64,000 bases of DNA from the IMG/VR virus record IMGVR_UViG_3300034157_000063; one strand, written 5' to 3'. Positions 21,068 to 30,376 of this stretch are shown one piece after another. The stretch is from a virus (Duplodnaviria; Heunggongvirae; Uroviricota; Caudoviricetes). The notes under the pieces were generated by a model. That model saw only the letters and a program-made list of their open reading frames with translations. It was not told the origin of the DNA and ran no database searches. Both the position numbers and the translations under genes were made by a program. Positions within the stretch are counted from its first letter, which is position 1. The number at the start of each line of letters is the position of its first letter.

Positions 21068-21826
21068 ATGAAAATTCCTTTATTATTGCTGCAGATCTGG
21101 CCGTTATTTAAATTTGAAGTTATTCGAGCTTTTAACTTTGTTAAAAGTAATGATGTTGCTAAATTATTTTTGCTTATTTGTATTACAATGAATTCGTCAA
21201 AATTGACATCAGATGTTGTGAATGATTATTTAATTCTAACAGAATTATCAGTAAAAGCTGTATCCTTGGTTTTAAGTTTTTTTGTTTTTGTTGGTATGAT
21301 GATTACGTTGTATTACTTGAGTTTTAATTTAAAGAAAACGATTTATCAAATGCCTAAAAAATATTATATTTTTTTCATTAGTGTCAATTCTATAAAACTA
21401 TTAATGACTTTTTGTACACCTAATAATTTTATAGCCATTATATCTTTTGAGGTTTTTTATATTTTTGTAATGAGTGCGTTTGTTTTTGATTTAAGAAAAA
21501 TAGCTTTACAACAACGTGAAAATTTGCATGTATCTATTTTTAATGTTGTTCATAAGAATACTGGTTTGGTTATAATCGCCTCTACACCAGATAGTTTTTT
21601 TTCTAAGAGAAATAAGATTTTTACTAATTACATGATAGGCTTCAATAAAAACATTAAAACATGGTTAGTATTAGGTGTTTTTATAAAAATGGATAAAGAA
21701 GGTATTTATTTAAAAAATATTTATATGACGTATAGTGAAGTTGTCATGTTTAATAATAGTTTCGATAAAAAAATAATTGATTACACCAAGAATGAATTAG
21801 ATACTGTCATTATGTATTTCATTTGA
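21068..21826 (+). CDS. Membrane protein, MxxI-tail family
   Basis: Several hydrophobic segments; ends KKIIDYTKNELDTVIMYFI. Confidence 0.7.
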   Translation: MKIPLLLLQIWPLFKFEVIRAFNFVKSNDVAKLFLLICITMNSSKLTSDVVNDYLILTELSVKAVSLVLSFFVFVGMMITLYYLSFNLKKTIYQMPKKYYIFFISVNSIKLLMTFCTPNNFIAIISFEVFYIFVMSAFVFDLRKIALQQRENLHVSIFNVVHKNTGLVIIASTPDSFFSKRNKIFTNYMIGFNKNIKTWLVLGVFIKMDKEGIYLKNIYMTYSEVVMFNNSFDKKIIDYTKNELDTVIMYFI

Positions 21827-21879
21827 TTGATTTGCTTTTTAATGTTACATTGTAAATATATAAAAACAATAAGAATAAT

Positions 21880-22632
21880 ATGAAACATCTCAAAAAAACA
21901 TTAATATTTACTACTATTTCTATCAGTTTGACCCATGCTGATTATAGAGTTACATTGCCTATTGATAGTCAATACATTCAATTTAAAAATGAAACAATTA
22001 CAGAAAAATGGATTGTTGGTACTCCTATTATCGGTAATTGGGTTGATTCAGGTGATACGTTTGATTGTTCTCTTTTACCAAGTGTTTCCGATCAATCTAT
22101 TGGTGTTTCATTTACTCAAACTAAAACTTGCTCACAAAATCAAGAACAAACCGTTAGAACACCAGAAACTTCATCATTGACGAACGAAATAAGATATGTT
22201 GATACAAAAAATGAACAAGTTAAATCTATTGTGTCTACTCAAAATGCTATTGGTGAACGATACACTAACATCATTAAAGTGGGTTATTATACGTTACCGG
22301 GATGGGATTACAGAGGATATTTAAATCCTAACAATAGTACTTATCCAGAAAGCAATAATTTACATGAGGTTACGCCTAGTTCATTAACACCTAATAAAAT
22401 AGCAGGCTTAGATATGCGTTGGGTTTTGGCATTCAATAATGGTGACCTTCTCTTTGCGACTTCTGACCCTGCTGTAAATAACAATCTTACGGCTTACAGT
22501 GTCACTATGAATGGTGTAACATGTTCATTGAAATGGAAGATGTATAATGGATCATTTTTGACGGGTGAAGGTTGTTTCAATTTGAGTACGGTTGAGGGAC
22601 AAGAAATAAAAATGGACGTTAGATTGAAATGA
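21880..22632 (+). CDS. Secreted Cys/Trp-repeat protein, paralogue 3 (single repeat)
   Basis: ADYRVTLPIDS, one KTCSQ repeat, GERYTNIIKVGYYTL and MDVRLK shared with 8541/9602. Confidence 0.8.
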   Translation: MKHLKKTLIFTTISISLTHADYRVTLPIDSQYIQFKNETITEKWIVGTPIIGNWVDSGDTFDCSLLPSVSDQSIGVSFTQTKTCSQNQEQTVRTPETSSLTNEIRYVDTKNEQVKSIVSTQNAIGERYTNIIKVGYYTLPGWDYRGYLNPNNSTYPESNNLHEVTPSSLTPNKIAGLDMRWVLAFNNGDLLFATSDPAVNNNLTAYSVTMNGVTCSLKWKMYNGSFLTGEGCFNLSTVEGQEIKMDVRLK

Positions 22633-22692
22633 TTTTTATTCGCTAATTTTTAACATTGTGGTATACTGTAAAATAAATAATCGGAATAATTA

Positions 22693-23226
22693 ATGAAAAT
22701 AAATTCTTATACAGCCCTCATAGCAGAAGCAGATATGAATACTGTTTATGCAAAAGTAAAACCATTTGTTATAGACGAATCAGATGTAGACCCAGCTCAA
22801 CATAAAAAGCATTCTGTTGTCAGAGTTTTTGATAATGAGACACAAGACTTTACTAATAAAAGCATTTGCACTGACAATTCTATTTTCTTCTTGGTTCAGC
22901 CAACTGAGCGTATTGAGTTTTCTGAAAAAGGCAACCTTCATGTATTTGAACCCTACGAAATGATTGTTGTTTCAGCAGGTGATCAATCAAGATTTAAAAA
23001 ATGGCAATTTGAAAGAGTGGATGATGTTGTTAATTTTAGCAGTAACTTTGAAGCTGTTGAATATGGTCAATATGAAAACGAAAAAAGCAGTATTGACAGC
23101 TTAAAAGAGATGAAAGCGGATCTTTTGAAAACAAAAGTTGAAAGCGAATATTCTTCTGAAAAACAAAAACTTACTGAAAAATCATCCATTTCTATAAAAT
23201 TCCCGTCATTCAAGAAAAATAATTAA
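22693..23226 (+). CDS. Hypothetical protein with basic tail
   Basis: 177-aa ORF; ends SIKFPSFKKNN. Confidence 0.7.
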   Translation: MKINSYTALIAEADMNTVYAKVKPFVIDESDVDPAQHKKHSVVRVFDNETQDFTNKSICTDNSIFFLVQPTERIEFSEKGNLHVFEPYEMIVVSAGDQSRFKKWQFERVDDVVNFSSNFEAVEYGQYENEKSSIDSLKEMKADLLKTKVESEYSSEKQKLTEKSSISIKFPSFKKNN

Positions 23227-23378
23227 ATTTTTCAACATCCTCTACACGGCTCTATTTACTGGCATTCTCAATTACCAGTAAATAGAAAGTGTTACTAAAT
23301 GCACATTTTAAAATAATTTTTGTTGACTTCTATATAAGTTGTGGCATTATGTCATCAAATTTTAGAGGATGTCTTAAT

Positions 23379-25031
23379 ATGAAACTGTTTAATGATTTAG
23401 GTATAAAATGGAAGATACAAATTGCATTTCTTGCTGTATCTTTGATTATCATGTCTGCTTTTAGCTATTTTTATTATTCATATGCCGTAAAAAGTGAATT
23501 AGGCAATATGGATAATAAACTAGAGTTTGCTACTAAATATTTTAATGAAATCATTAACGAACCATTTATTGATAGTGTTATTAATCATAATGATATAGAT
23601 GTTAATTTATCTCATCAAAAATCTATGCAATTAACGAAATTTGTTACTGAGTTAGAAATACCTTACTTTTATGCTATATTTATTGATAAAGATGGCAAAT
23701 CAAAATACATCACCTCTAATTTAACGGACAAAGAAATTAGTGATGAGTCTATACATTATACGGCAACACCTTATGATGAACCTGAAACAGAAAAGTTTAT
23801 CAGACAAGTATTAAACACAAACATTCAAGCCACCGAAGAATATAGTTCAAAAACAGGTGATTTTAGAACATTATATGTTCCTAAAAAAACATTGGCTGGT
23901 AACCGATATGTGGTAGCTGCAGATATTAATCTATCTGATGTTCAAGGTGTTAAAGAACGTATTATTATGACCGTAGCTATCATTTTTGCTATTGCTATTA
24001 TATTCATTAACATTGTAGCTTATTTCCTTGGTAGATTAATTACCGCTCCTATCCTTGAAATGGTAAAAGTTTTTGAACAGCTAGGTTCTGGTAATGCTGA
24101 TTTAACTTATAAGATACCTGTGAAATTTAATGATGAAAGCGGTCAAATGGCTCGTAATTTCAATTTGTTCATCGCAACACTTAGAGATATGGTTGATTCG
24201 ATTAAAACGAACACGCATGAGCTTACAACAGGTCTTGTTGACATTAATGGATTGATGAATAAATTGTTGGTAGATTCCCAAGGACAATCAGACAGAGCCA
24301 CGGCTTCTGCAGCAACAATAGAAGAGTTAACTACAAGTATGGGTAGTATTTCATTCAGCACTGACACTACGACTAAATCCGTAGAGAACGTAAATGAATT
24401 GACAAGTGAAAGTTCAAAGTCAGTTAAGTTGTTGAGTTCAGAAGTAGCAGACATCACTACATCAGCTCAGGATCTTTCAGGATTGATCCATAATTTGGAA
24501 GTTAAATCCCTTGATATTTCAAAAATTGTTACTGTTATTCATGGCATTGCTGATCAAACAAACTTATTGGCTCTCAATGCTTCAATTGAAGCTGCACGAG
24601 CAGGTGAACATGGAAGAGGTTTTGCGGTAGTGGCAGAAGAAGTTCGTAACTTGGCTGGTAAAACAGCAGAAGCTACGTTAAATATATCTAAAACTATTAA
24701 AGATATTAGCAATCAGATTGTGAGTGCTACAAAGAAAATGGACGAAACTAACGACAAAGTTGAAAATGGCGTTAAGCTTGCTGGTAATGTGTTAGTTCAG
24801 ATCAGTTCAATTCAAACGGATATGAAGGCAGTCTTTGATAATGTTCAAGTGATCAACTTAGCGACCAAAGAACAGTCTATTGCTACCCAAGACATGGCTC
24901 GATCTGCAGAGGAAGGCAGTAATAGTTCTATTCGTAGTCAAAAAATTGTTGAGCAAACAGAAGAAACAGTTTCAAAACTTCAAGATAAAGCTAACAAGCT
25001 TAATGAATTGGTATCTCAGTTTAATACTTGA
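23379..25031 (+). CDS. Methyl-accepting chemotaxis protein
   Basis: Two TM segments flanking a periplasmic sensor, HAMP domain, signalling-tip motif [37 protein letters not shown]; start revised to MKLFND after GAGGA. Confidence 0.95.
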   Translation: MKLFNDLGIKWKIQIAFLAVSLIIMSAFSYFYYSYAVKSELGNMDNKLEFATKYFNEIINEPFIDSVINHNDIDVNLSHQKSMQLTKFVTELEIPYFYAIFIDKDGKSKYITSNLTDKEISDESIHYTATPYDEPETEKFIRQVLNTNIQATEEYSSKTGDFRTLYVPKKTLAGNRYVVAADINLSDVQGVKERIIMTVAIIFAIAIIFINIVAYFLGRLITAPILEMVKVFEQLGSGNADLTYKIPVKFNDESGQMARNFNLFIATLRDMVDSIKTNTHELTTGLVDINGLMNKLLVDSQGQSDRATASAATIEELTTSMGSISFSTDTTTKSVENVNELTSESSKSVKLLSSEVADITTSAQDLSGLIHNLEVKSLDISKIVTVIHGIADQTNLLALNASIEAARAGEHGRGFAVVAEEVRNLAGKTAEATLNISKTIKDISNQIVSATKKMDETNDKVENGVKLAGNVLVQISSIQTDMKAVFDNVQVINLATKEQSIATQDMARSAEEGSNSSIRSQKIVEQTEETVSKLQDKANKLNELVSQFNT

Positions 25032-25095
25032 TATTTATTGTTTAATTAGGATATAAAAAAAGGATAACTAGATTATCCTTTTTTATTTTCTTGAT

Positions 25096-25746
25096 TTAAT
25101 TTAAATCATCTTCTACACCAGTTTCATTATCTATTATTGGTACTACTTCGTCTGCTGATTGCACTGATTTAGTAAATTCTTCATCGACTACAGGCGTTTG
25201 TTCAGTCACTTCGTTAATAGGTGCTTCTTGGACAGTTTCTGTATTTTCTTCTACAAAAGGAACGATAGGCGTATCACTTGAAACTGATTCTGGTGATTTT
25301 GAAGCTACGAAGTCATTTGTTAAATCATGAGTAAATTCAGTTAAGCCTTCTATTCTGCTATCAATTGTGTTAATTTGGCAAATTAAGGCTAATCTTTCTA
25401 TGTCAGCATTAGAATTTTGTTTGCTTTCAATAGCTATTTTAAAGTTACATTGAGTTTCTGCATAATTTTTGTAAGCCATTTTTTCATCTTCAAAAGACTT
25501 TTTTAATGTTGCTGTTGAATCTTGGTCTAAATTAATATCATCAATAGATTTATTAAAATAATGTTCAGACTCACTTAGTTTAGCTAAACTTTCTGATAGG
25601 GTGGTTTCAAGGCAGGCTTTTACTTCTATTGCTGATGATTCTTCACAATTGTAGTCTGCAAGCTGGTAACTTCTTAAATCCGTTGCAAATACGGGTGCAG
25701 CACAAGTGGTTATTAATAGGCTTAATGCAATTTTACTTATATTCAT
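25096..25746 (-). CDS. Secreted LprI/DUF1311-like protein with acidic tail
   Basis: Signal peptide; four-Cys helical pattern C..C..AYKNYAETQC..C. Confidence 0.6.
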   Translation of the reverse strand: MNISKIALSLLITTCAAPVFATDLRSYQLADYNCEESSAIEVKACLETTLSESLAKLSESEHYFNKSIDDINLDQDSTATLKKSFEDEKMAYKNYAETQCNFKIAIESKQNSNADIERLALICQINTIDSRIEGLTEFTHDLTNDFVASKSPESVSSDTPIVPFVEENTETVQEAPINEVTEQTPVVDEEFTKSVQSADEVVPIIDNETGVEDDLN

Positions 25747-26036
25747 TCATGTATCTCCTAGGTTGAATTTTTAATCCGTATCTGTTAATATACACTATAT
25801 TTTTTAAAATAAAGAGGTTTATTGAAAATGAAATAAGAAGTATGCTCGCTAGAATGATTAAAAAAAACAGCATCAACATCTTTTTCATGTATTCATGTTG
25901 AATGACAAAAAACCGTTAACTAAGAAGAAAGCTATTGATTTAAAAGATAAAATAAAAGAATAAAATAGAAAAAAGTGCTTGACTTCAATGAGTGATTACT
26001 GTAGTATTATCAATATTGAAGCAACAAATACTTTAT

Positions 26037-26112
<76 letters not shown>

Positions 26113-26124
26113 GATTAAGATTTA

Positions 26125-26254
26125 TGCTTGTAATAGGCATGTTGATGAAAGAATAATCGTTGCGATATACTAGTCAATCGCAGCTAAGGCTTCCGGGGCT
26201 GAAAGAGTTATTCCAGAGTCAATCTTCGGTTCAATTCCGAATACAAGCAGACCA
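26125..26254 (+). ncRNA. tRNA-like structured RNA (acceptor stem and T-arm, expanded core)
   Basis: TGCTTGTA/TACAAGCA stem, TTCGG-TTCAATT-CCGAA T-arm, terminal ACCA; no canonical D or anticodon arm. Confidence 0.55.
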
Positions 26255-26501
26255 TTTGGTTGGGCAAAGATAGCAGTAATCTACCCCAGCGACAGGGCTA
26301 ATACCCTTTACTGTAAAGCCCTTAGATGGGCACGAAAGATATGTGGTTCGTGTTGCAAGACCGTTCCGCACCAGATTAAATAAACACTCAGCAAAGAAAT
26401 TATGCAAGGCTCATGAAGCCTACTCCCGACGAGAGCACAGGATCTGCAAAGACTGCAAAAGCGAGTATAAGCAAACTGGAAGTGTGCATTTAATCATTAT
26501 T

Positions 26502-26575
26502 GCGGAATTGGCATAGTGGCTGTGCTCCAGCCTTCCAAGCTGGCTACACGAGTTCGATCCTCGTATTCCGCTCCA
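26502..26575 (+). tRNA. tRNA-Gly(TCC)
   Basis: GCGGAAT/ATTCCGC acceptor, CCAGC-CTTCCAA-GCTGG anticodon arm, U73, CCA; a terminator follows. Confidence 0.93.
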
Positions 26576-26647
26576 AATTTACAACACCTTCGGGTGTTTT
26601 TTTATTTGTTGTTTACAGTGATTTCTAATTATAAAAGAGGACATTCT

Positions 26648-27049
26648 ATGAAACAGATTGTTATTGAGGTTTTAAAAAAAGCGATTAGCCGTTCAGCAAT
26701 TAAGGATGGTAAAAAGACGATTAAAACAGAAAATGAATTGTTGTCTCTCAATACTAAATCTCTTATGAAATTATACAATAACGTTATGAAGGAATATAAT
26801 TTTAATATTGCTGACATATGTGAACAACATGGGAAATCATTAACTGACGATAGTTTTCGTGAGTATATGATTGATAAGTTGTATGATACTTACGAAAAGA
26901 CAGATATTTTGTACGACCCAGAGATTGAAGATGAAATGTATATGGCGGATTATGTCTTAGAGTATCCTGATGGTCAGATTGCTCATATTTATAACCATAA
27001 TATGTTTGATCATAATTTCATTAACTTTAAATCCGGTATGAATGATTAA
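26648..27049 (+). CDS. Hypothetical protein
   Basis: Start revised to MKQIV after AGAGGA; the track start lies inside tRNA-Gly. Confidence 0.7.
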   Translation: MKQIVIEVLKKAISRSAIKDGKKTIKTENELLSLNTKSLMKLYNNVMKEYNFNIADICEQHGKSLTDDSFREYMIDKLYDTYEKTDILYDPEIEDEMYMADYVLEYPDGQIAHIYNHNMFDHNFINFKSGMND

Positions 27050-27065
27050 TAACTAAGGGGGTAAA

Positions 27066-27569
27066 ATGGCAGAACTTATTAAAAACCTTAAAATTGATAA
27101 TGTGATTGGCCTATTGAAAAAGCCTGATATTTCTATTGCTTTCGGTAATGTTTCAGGTGAAAATAGCTTAGACATTACTACAGTTGAACAGCTTGAAAAA
27201 TTTCTTGAAGAAAGTTATGATCATGATGCTGAACTTGCATTAGTTGATAAGTCGTTGACTGAACGAGTTTTAACAATATTGACGAATCAAGAATATGTTG
27301 AATCTCTTGATGAATGTGGTGACAATGCGTTTGTGGTTGTTTATCACTTAGGTGATAAAGACTTGATTATCTGGATGGAAACATCAGGCTTTATGACAGG
27401 TTGTGATTTAAAAAGTGAACATGATGTTCTTGATGATTTTGTTGAGGTTCCGCATTTTTACCCAACAAAAGATCTTATAAACGACAAAGAATCCAATTTC
27501 TATCATTATGTGGGTAAGTATCCTAAAATATTGGCCGCGTTGAAAGAAATTTCTATTGAAGAAGAATAA
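27066..27569 (+). CDS. Hypothetical acidic protein (paralogue of 27582)
   Basis: Shared PD...FG.VS, VDK..TE, VYH...KDL.I..ET motifs. Confidence 0.8.
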   Translation: MAELIKNLKIDNVIGLLKKPDISIAFGNVSGENSLDITTVEQLEKFLEESYDHDAELALVDKSLTERVLTILTNQEYVESLDECGDNAFVVVYHLGDKDLIIWMETSGFMTGCDLKSEHDVLDDFVEVPHFYPTKDLINDKESNFYHYVGKYPKILAALKEISIEEE

Positions 27570-27581
27570 AGGAAAATAAAT

Positions 27582-28088
27582 ATGTTTCATGAAATTCAAA
27601 ATCCAAAACTAGACAGCTTAGTTCATTGTTTTAAAGTGCCTGATCTGGCAATGGTGTTTGGTGATGTATCCGATGATAACGTAAATGATGTATTCAATCT
27701 TTTTGACTTGGAAGATCTATTTTCAAGACCACAAGATCATGGTGCATTCATTTTCTATGTTGATAAAGACAACACAGAAGACATCTTTAACGAATTGGTT
27801 GATCAAGATTTTATTGAGTCGGTAGCAGAAGCTGGGGAAAATGGTCTGGTGGCTGTCTATCATGGTGAAACAAAGGATTTGGTCATTCTGTTAGAAACTA
27901 ATACTGGCGTTACATCACAGGCGTATTTATCTCAGCATAATGGTTTTGGTCACACATTTCATTATATTGAAGAATTCTTCGTCACTTTAGAAATGTTTAA
28001 TGGTCAAGACAATAGTTTTCTAGAAAGATTGGATGGTAATCAAGAATTGTTTGAACTCTTTCGTAAACTCGATGTCTATAATGACTAG
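27582..28088 (+). CDS. Hypothetical acidic protein (paralogue of 27066)
   Basis: Same motifs as 27066, in tandem. Confidence 0.8.
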   Translation: MFHEIQNPKLDSLVHCFKVPDLAMVFGDVSDDNVNDVFNLFDLEDLFSRPQDHGAFIFYVDKDNTEDIFNELVDQDFIESVAEAGENGLVAVYHGETKDLVILLETNTGVTSQAYLSQHNGFGHTFHYIEEFFVTLEMFNGQDNSFLERLDGNQELFELFRKLDVYND

Positions 28089-28228
28089 CAAAGAATTGGC
28101 GTAAGCTGATAGAGCCGGGATTTTTGTCCCCCTGCTCTTTAAAAGAGAACACAGGACTCGCGTAAGCACCCGCATAGGTCAGGCTACAAAGGCCAAGTAT
28201 ATGTTGTTAGGCAGCGACTAGCAGATGG

Positions 28229-28254
28229 AAGGCCAGATTTTTCTGGCTTTTTTT
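28229..28254 (+). terminator. Intrinsic terminator
   Basis: AAGGCCAGA-TTTT-TCTGGCTTTTTTT. Confidence 0.8.
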
Positions 28255-28344
28255 CTTTTTCAACTATTTACGATCTATTTTAAAAAAGTGTTGCGTTGAA
28301 GGCTATTCTTTGCTATAATTATGAAAATTCAGGAGAACAACTAA

Positions 28345-29838
28345 ATGACTATTACTCGTGTGCAATATCCAGAAATCTGTGTTGAAACGGCCAAAGAAAT
28401 GGCTAAGAACTATTTCGTTCTACACCGTAATGAAGTGGACTTTCTCTCCCGTGGCTTCAAAGCTATCCCTTCTTTGTTTAAATTTGCGTTTATGAAAGAA
28501 ATGGTTGATGGTGCCACAGAACAAAACACTGCAGTTATGGCTAGAATTGACGCTATTCTCGAAGCGTTTGAAACCAATGATATGGCAGGCACTCTTGAAA
28601 CCAACGTGGCTATTCAAGAAGAATTTGGCACCGTAGAAAACTTCCTTAAAGTGGTTGAAGAAGCGAAACAACTAAAACCTGTTTATGCCGATAGATTGAA
28701 CCCTACATTTGACTCACCAGTCGCTTTGCCAGTGGTTGTTATGTTCTCCGGTGAAGACCTTTACAAAAAAGGTAGCAAAGTTCTTTTGAATACTTTCACC
28801 CTTGGTACTGGTTTGGAAACTGATGATGGCATGACTTATCACTTCCAAGGCACTTACCGCGACATGATTACCACTTTGTCTAAGGTTGGTTTCGTTTATG
28901 ATGACGTTAACTGTGCATTGAAGCCGTTCTTTGGTGAAGTTGAAATTACTGTGACTGAACCAGAAGCGGCAGAACTTGCAGAAATGGAAGTTCGCCACGA
29001 GTTGTCTGAATTCATCCGCGTTGATGATGACTGGGGTATGCGTGACTTCATCTATGACAATGACATTGATACCAGTGTGTTGTTTCGTGATGAAAGCCTT
29101 GTCAGCTACTGCATTGAAATGAACAAACAAGCGTGCTTTATTCAGTCTATGGCTAGTTCAAAAGACCTGTTGAATACGCCAAGTGGTGATTTTGATACTG
29201 CTACAAGTCGTGCGATTTTCTCAGTGGCTTATCGTGGTCTTGATTTTAACCGTTTCCTTGGTGTGTTGGTGAAAAATATCAACTTCAAAGGCAAGCCACA
29301 ATCGACCATTGATGAATTTGTTCGTGAAAGCTTCCATGATCTTCGTCAGGAAATGTCTGTTGATGTGTTTAATCTTTACAAAGACAATATTGATCCAAAA
29401 ATGTTGGCCCTTGCTCTTGTTAAACATAACAACGTCTACCGTATGGAAATTCCAGAAATGGCCGAGATTATCGAAAAGGCGTATGTTGATTACAAAGATG
29501 ACATTCTTGCCATTCCGGGTATGGTTTCACACGTTAACTATTACAAAGAGACACCGCGTTTCATTGAGTGCTTGCGTAATGTTCCAACTGTGATGATCGG
29601 TGAACAGAACGTGTTGTTCTACCTTGACCAAATGAAAGTGGCTCAGGAAGCGGTTGTTGAAGCGGTTCGCGGACAAGACAACGTTGTTGACTTGATTGGT
29701 GGTAAGTTGGCAACCAAGGAAGAACATGCACAAGATAAACTTGATGTAATCAATGGTCACATCAGTTATTTTGAACAGTTTGTTGCTCGCCCTGAACCAG
29801 AGCAGGAAGAAGGTAACATCGGTAGCATGATGGCGTAA
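28345..29838 (+). CDS. Hypothetical protein, 497 aa
   Basis: AGGAG SD, own promoter and terminator; many C-ending codons, as in highly expressed genes. Confidence 0.85.
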   Translation: MTITRVQYPEICVETAKEMAKNYFVLHRNEVDFLSRGFKAIPSLFKFAFMKEMVDGATEQNTAVMARIDAILEAFETNDMAGTLETNVAIQEEFGTVENFLKVVEEAKQLKPVYADRLNPTFDSPVALPVVVMFSGEDLYKKGSKVLLNTFTLGTGLETDDGMTYHFQGTYRDMITTLSKVGFVYDDVNCALKPFFGEVEITVTEPEAAELAEMEVRHELSEFIRVDDDWGMRDFIYDNDIDTSVLFRDESLVSYCIEMNKQACFIQSMASSKDLLNTPSGDFDTATSRAIFSVAYRGLDFNRFLGVLVKNINFKGKPQSTIDEFVRESFHDLRQEMSVDVFNLYKDNIDPKMLALALVKHNNVYRMEIPEMAEIIEKAYVDYKDDILAIPGMVSHVNYYKETPRFIECLRNVPTVMIGEQNVLFYLDQMKVAQEAVVEAVRGQDNVVDLIGGKLATKEEHAQDKLDVINGHISYFEQFVARPEPEQEEGNIGSMMA

Positions 29839-29930
29839 CAAAGCTTGAATGCAAAAGCTTCCTTCTGGAAGCTTCTTGCTTTTGGGGCACTTATTTGATA
29901 TAGTAATGTAATAAAGATAAAGGAGTTAGT

Positions 29931-29978
29931 ATGCACAAATCAAATCATTTGAAGGCTTTTAAAATACTTAGCGTCTAA
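29931..29978 (+). promoter_or_regulatory. Leader ORF MHKSNHLKAFKILSV* (putative attenuator peptide)
   Basis: AAGGAG SD; its 3' end TAGCGTCTAA pairs with TTAGACGTTA at 30001-30010. Confidence 0.55.
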
Positions 29979-30031
29979 TTAACTACTTTCGAGGTGTTTT
30001 TTAGACGTTAACCAATTTTAGGAGACGTAAT

Positions 30032-30292
30032 ATGGAAAAGAATAATAAGCGTGCTGAAAGGCGTTTTAATGACGTTAAACAAGTTCGTAAACAGATGAAA
30101 ATTTTAAAGCAATATGATATGATTACTCCACAAACTATCTCTGGTATGTATGTGAAACATAAAGCGTTAAATTGTGGTAGACCACGTTGCAGGCATTGTA
30201 TGAATCCACGCAAAGCTTATGGTTACAAAACATTGAAAGAAGAAATCAATGATGTAGTGTTTAAAGAGGCCATGAACGACCTCGATATTTAA
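30032..30292 (+). CDS. Small basic Cys-cluster protein (CxxxxCxxCxNPR)
   Basis: AGGAG SD; HKALNCGRPRCRHCMNPRK. Confidence 0.8.
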   Translation: MEKNNKRAERRFNDVKQVRKQMKILKQYDMITPQTISGMYVKHKALNCGRPRCRHCMNPRKAYGYKTLKEEINDVVFKEAMNDLDI

Positions 30293-30376
30293 AGAGAGCT
30301 TAGGCTCTTTTTTGTTGTTTAAATTTTGTGTTTGTAGTATAATACATCTTATTATATTGCTCATATGGAAATTATC

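Noticed and set aside
26125-26372. Canonical or permuted tmRNA, or a hammerhead ribozyme
   Set aside because: No G3:U70 acceptor, no tag reading frame, and no complete CUGANGA/GAAA core with correct stems; kept only as an unclassified structured RNA.
26516-26647. N-terminal extension of ORF 26516..27049
   Set aside because: It overlaps tRNA-Gly and its terminator; the SD supports ATG 26648.
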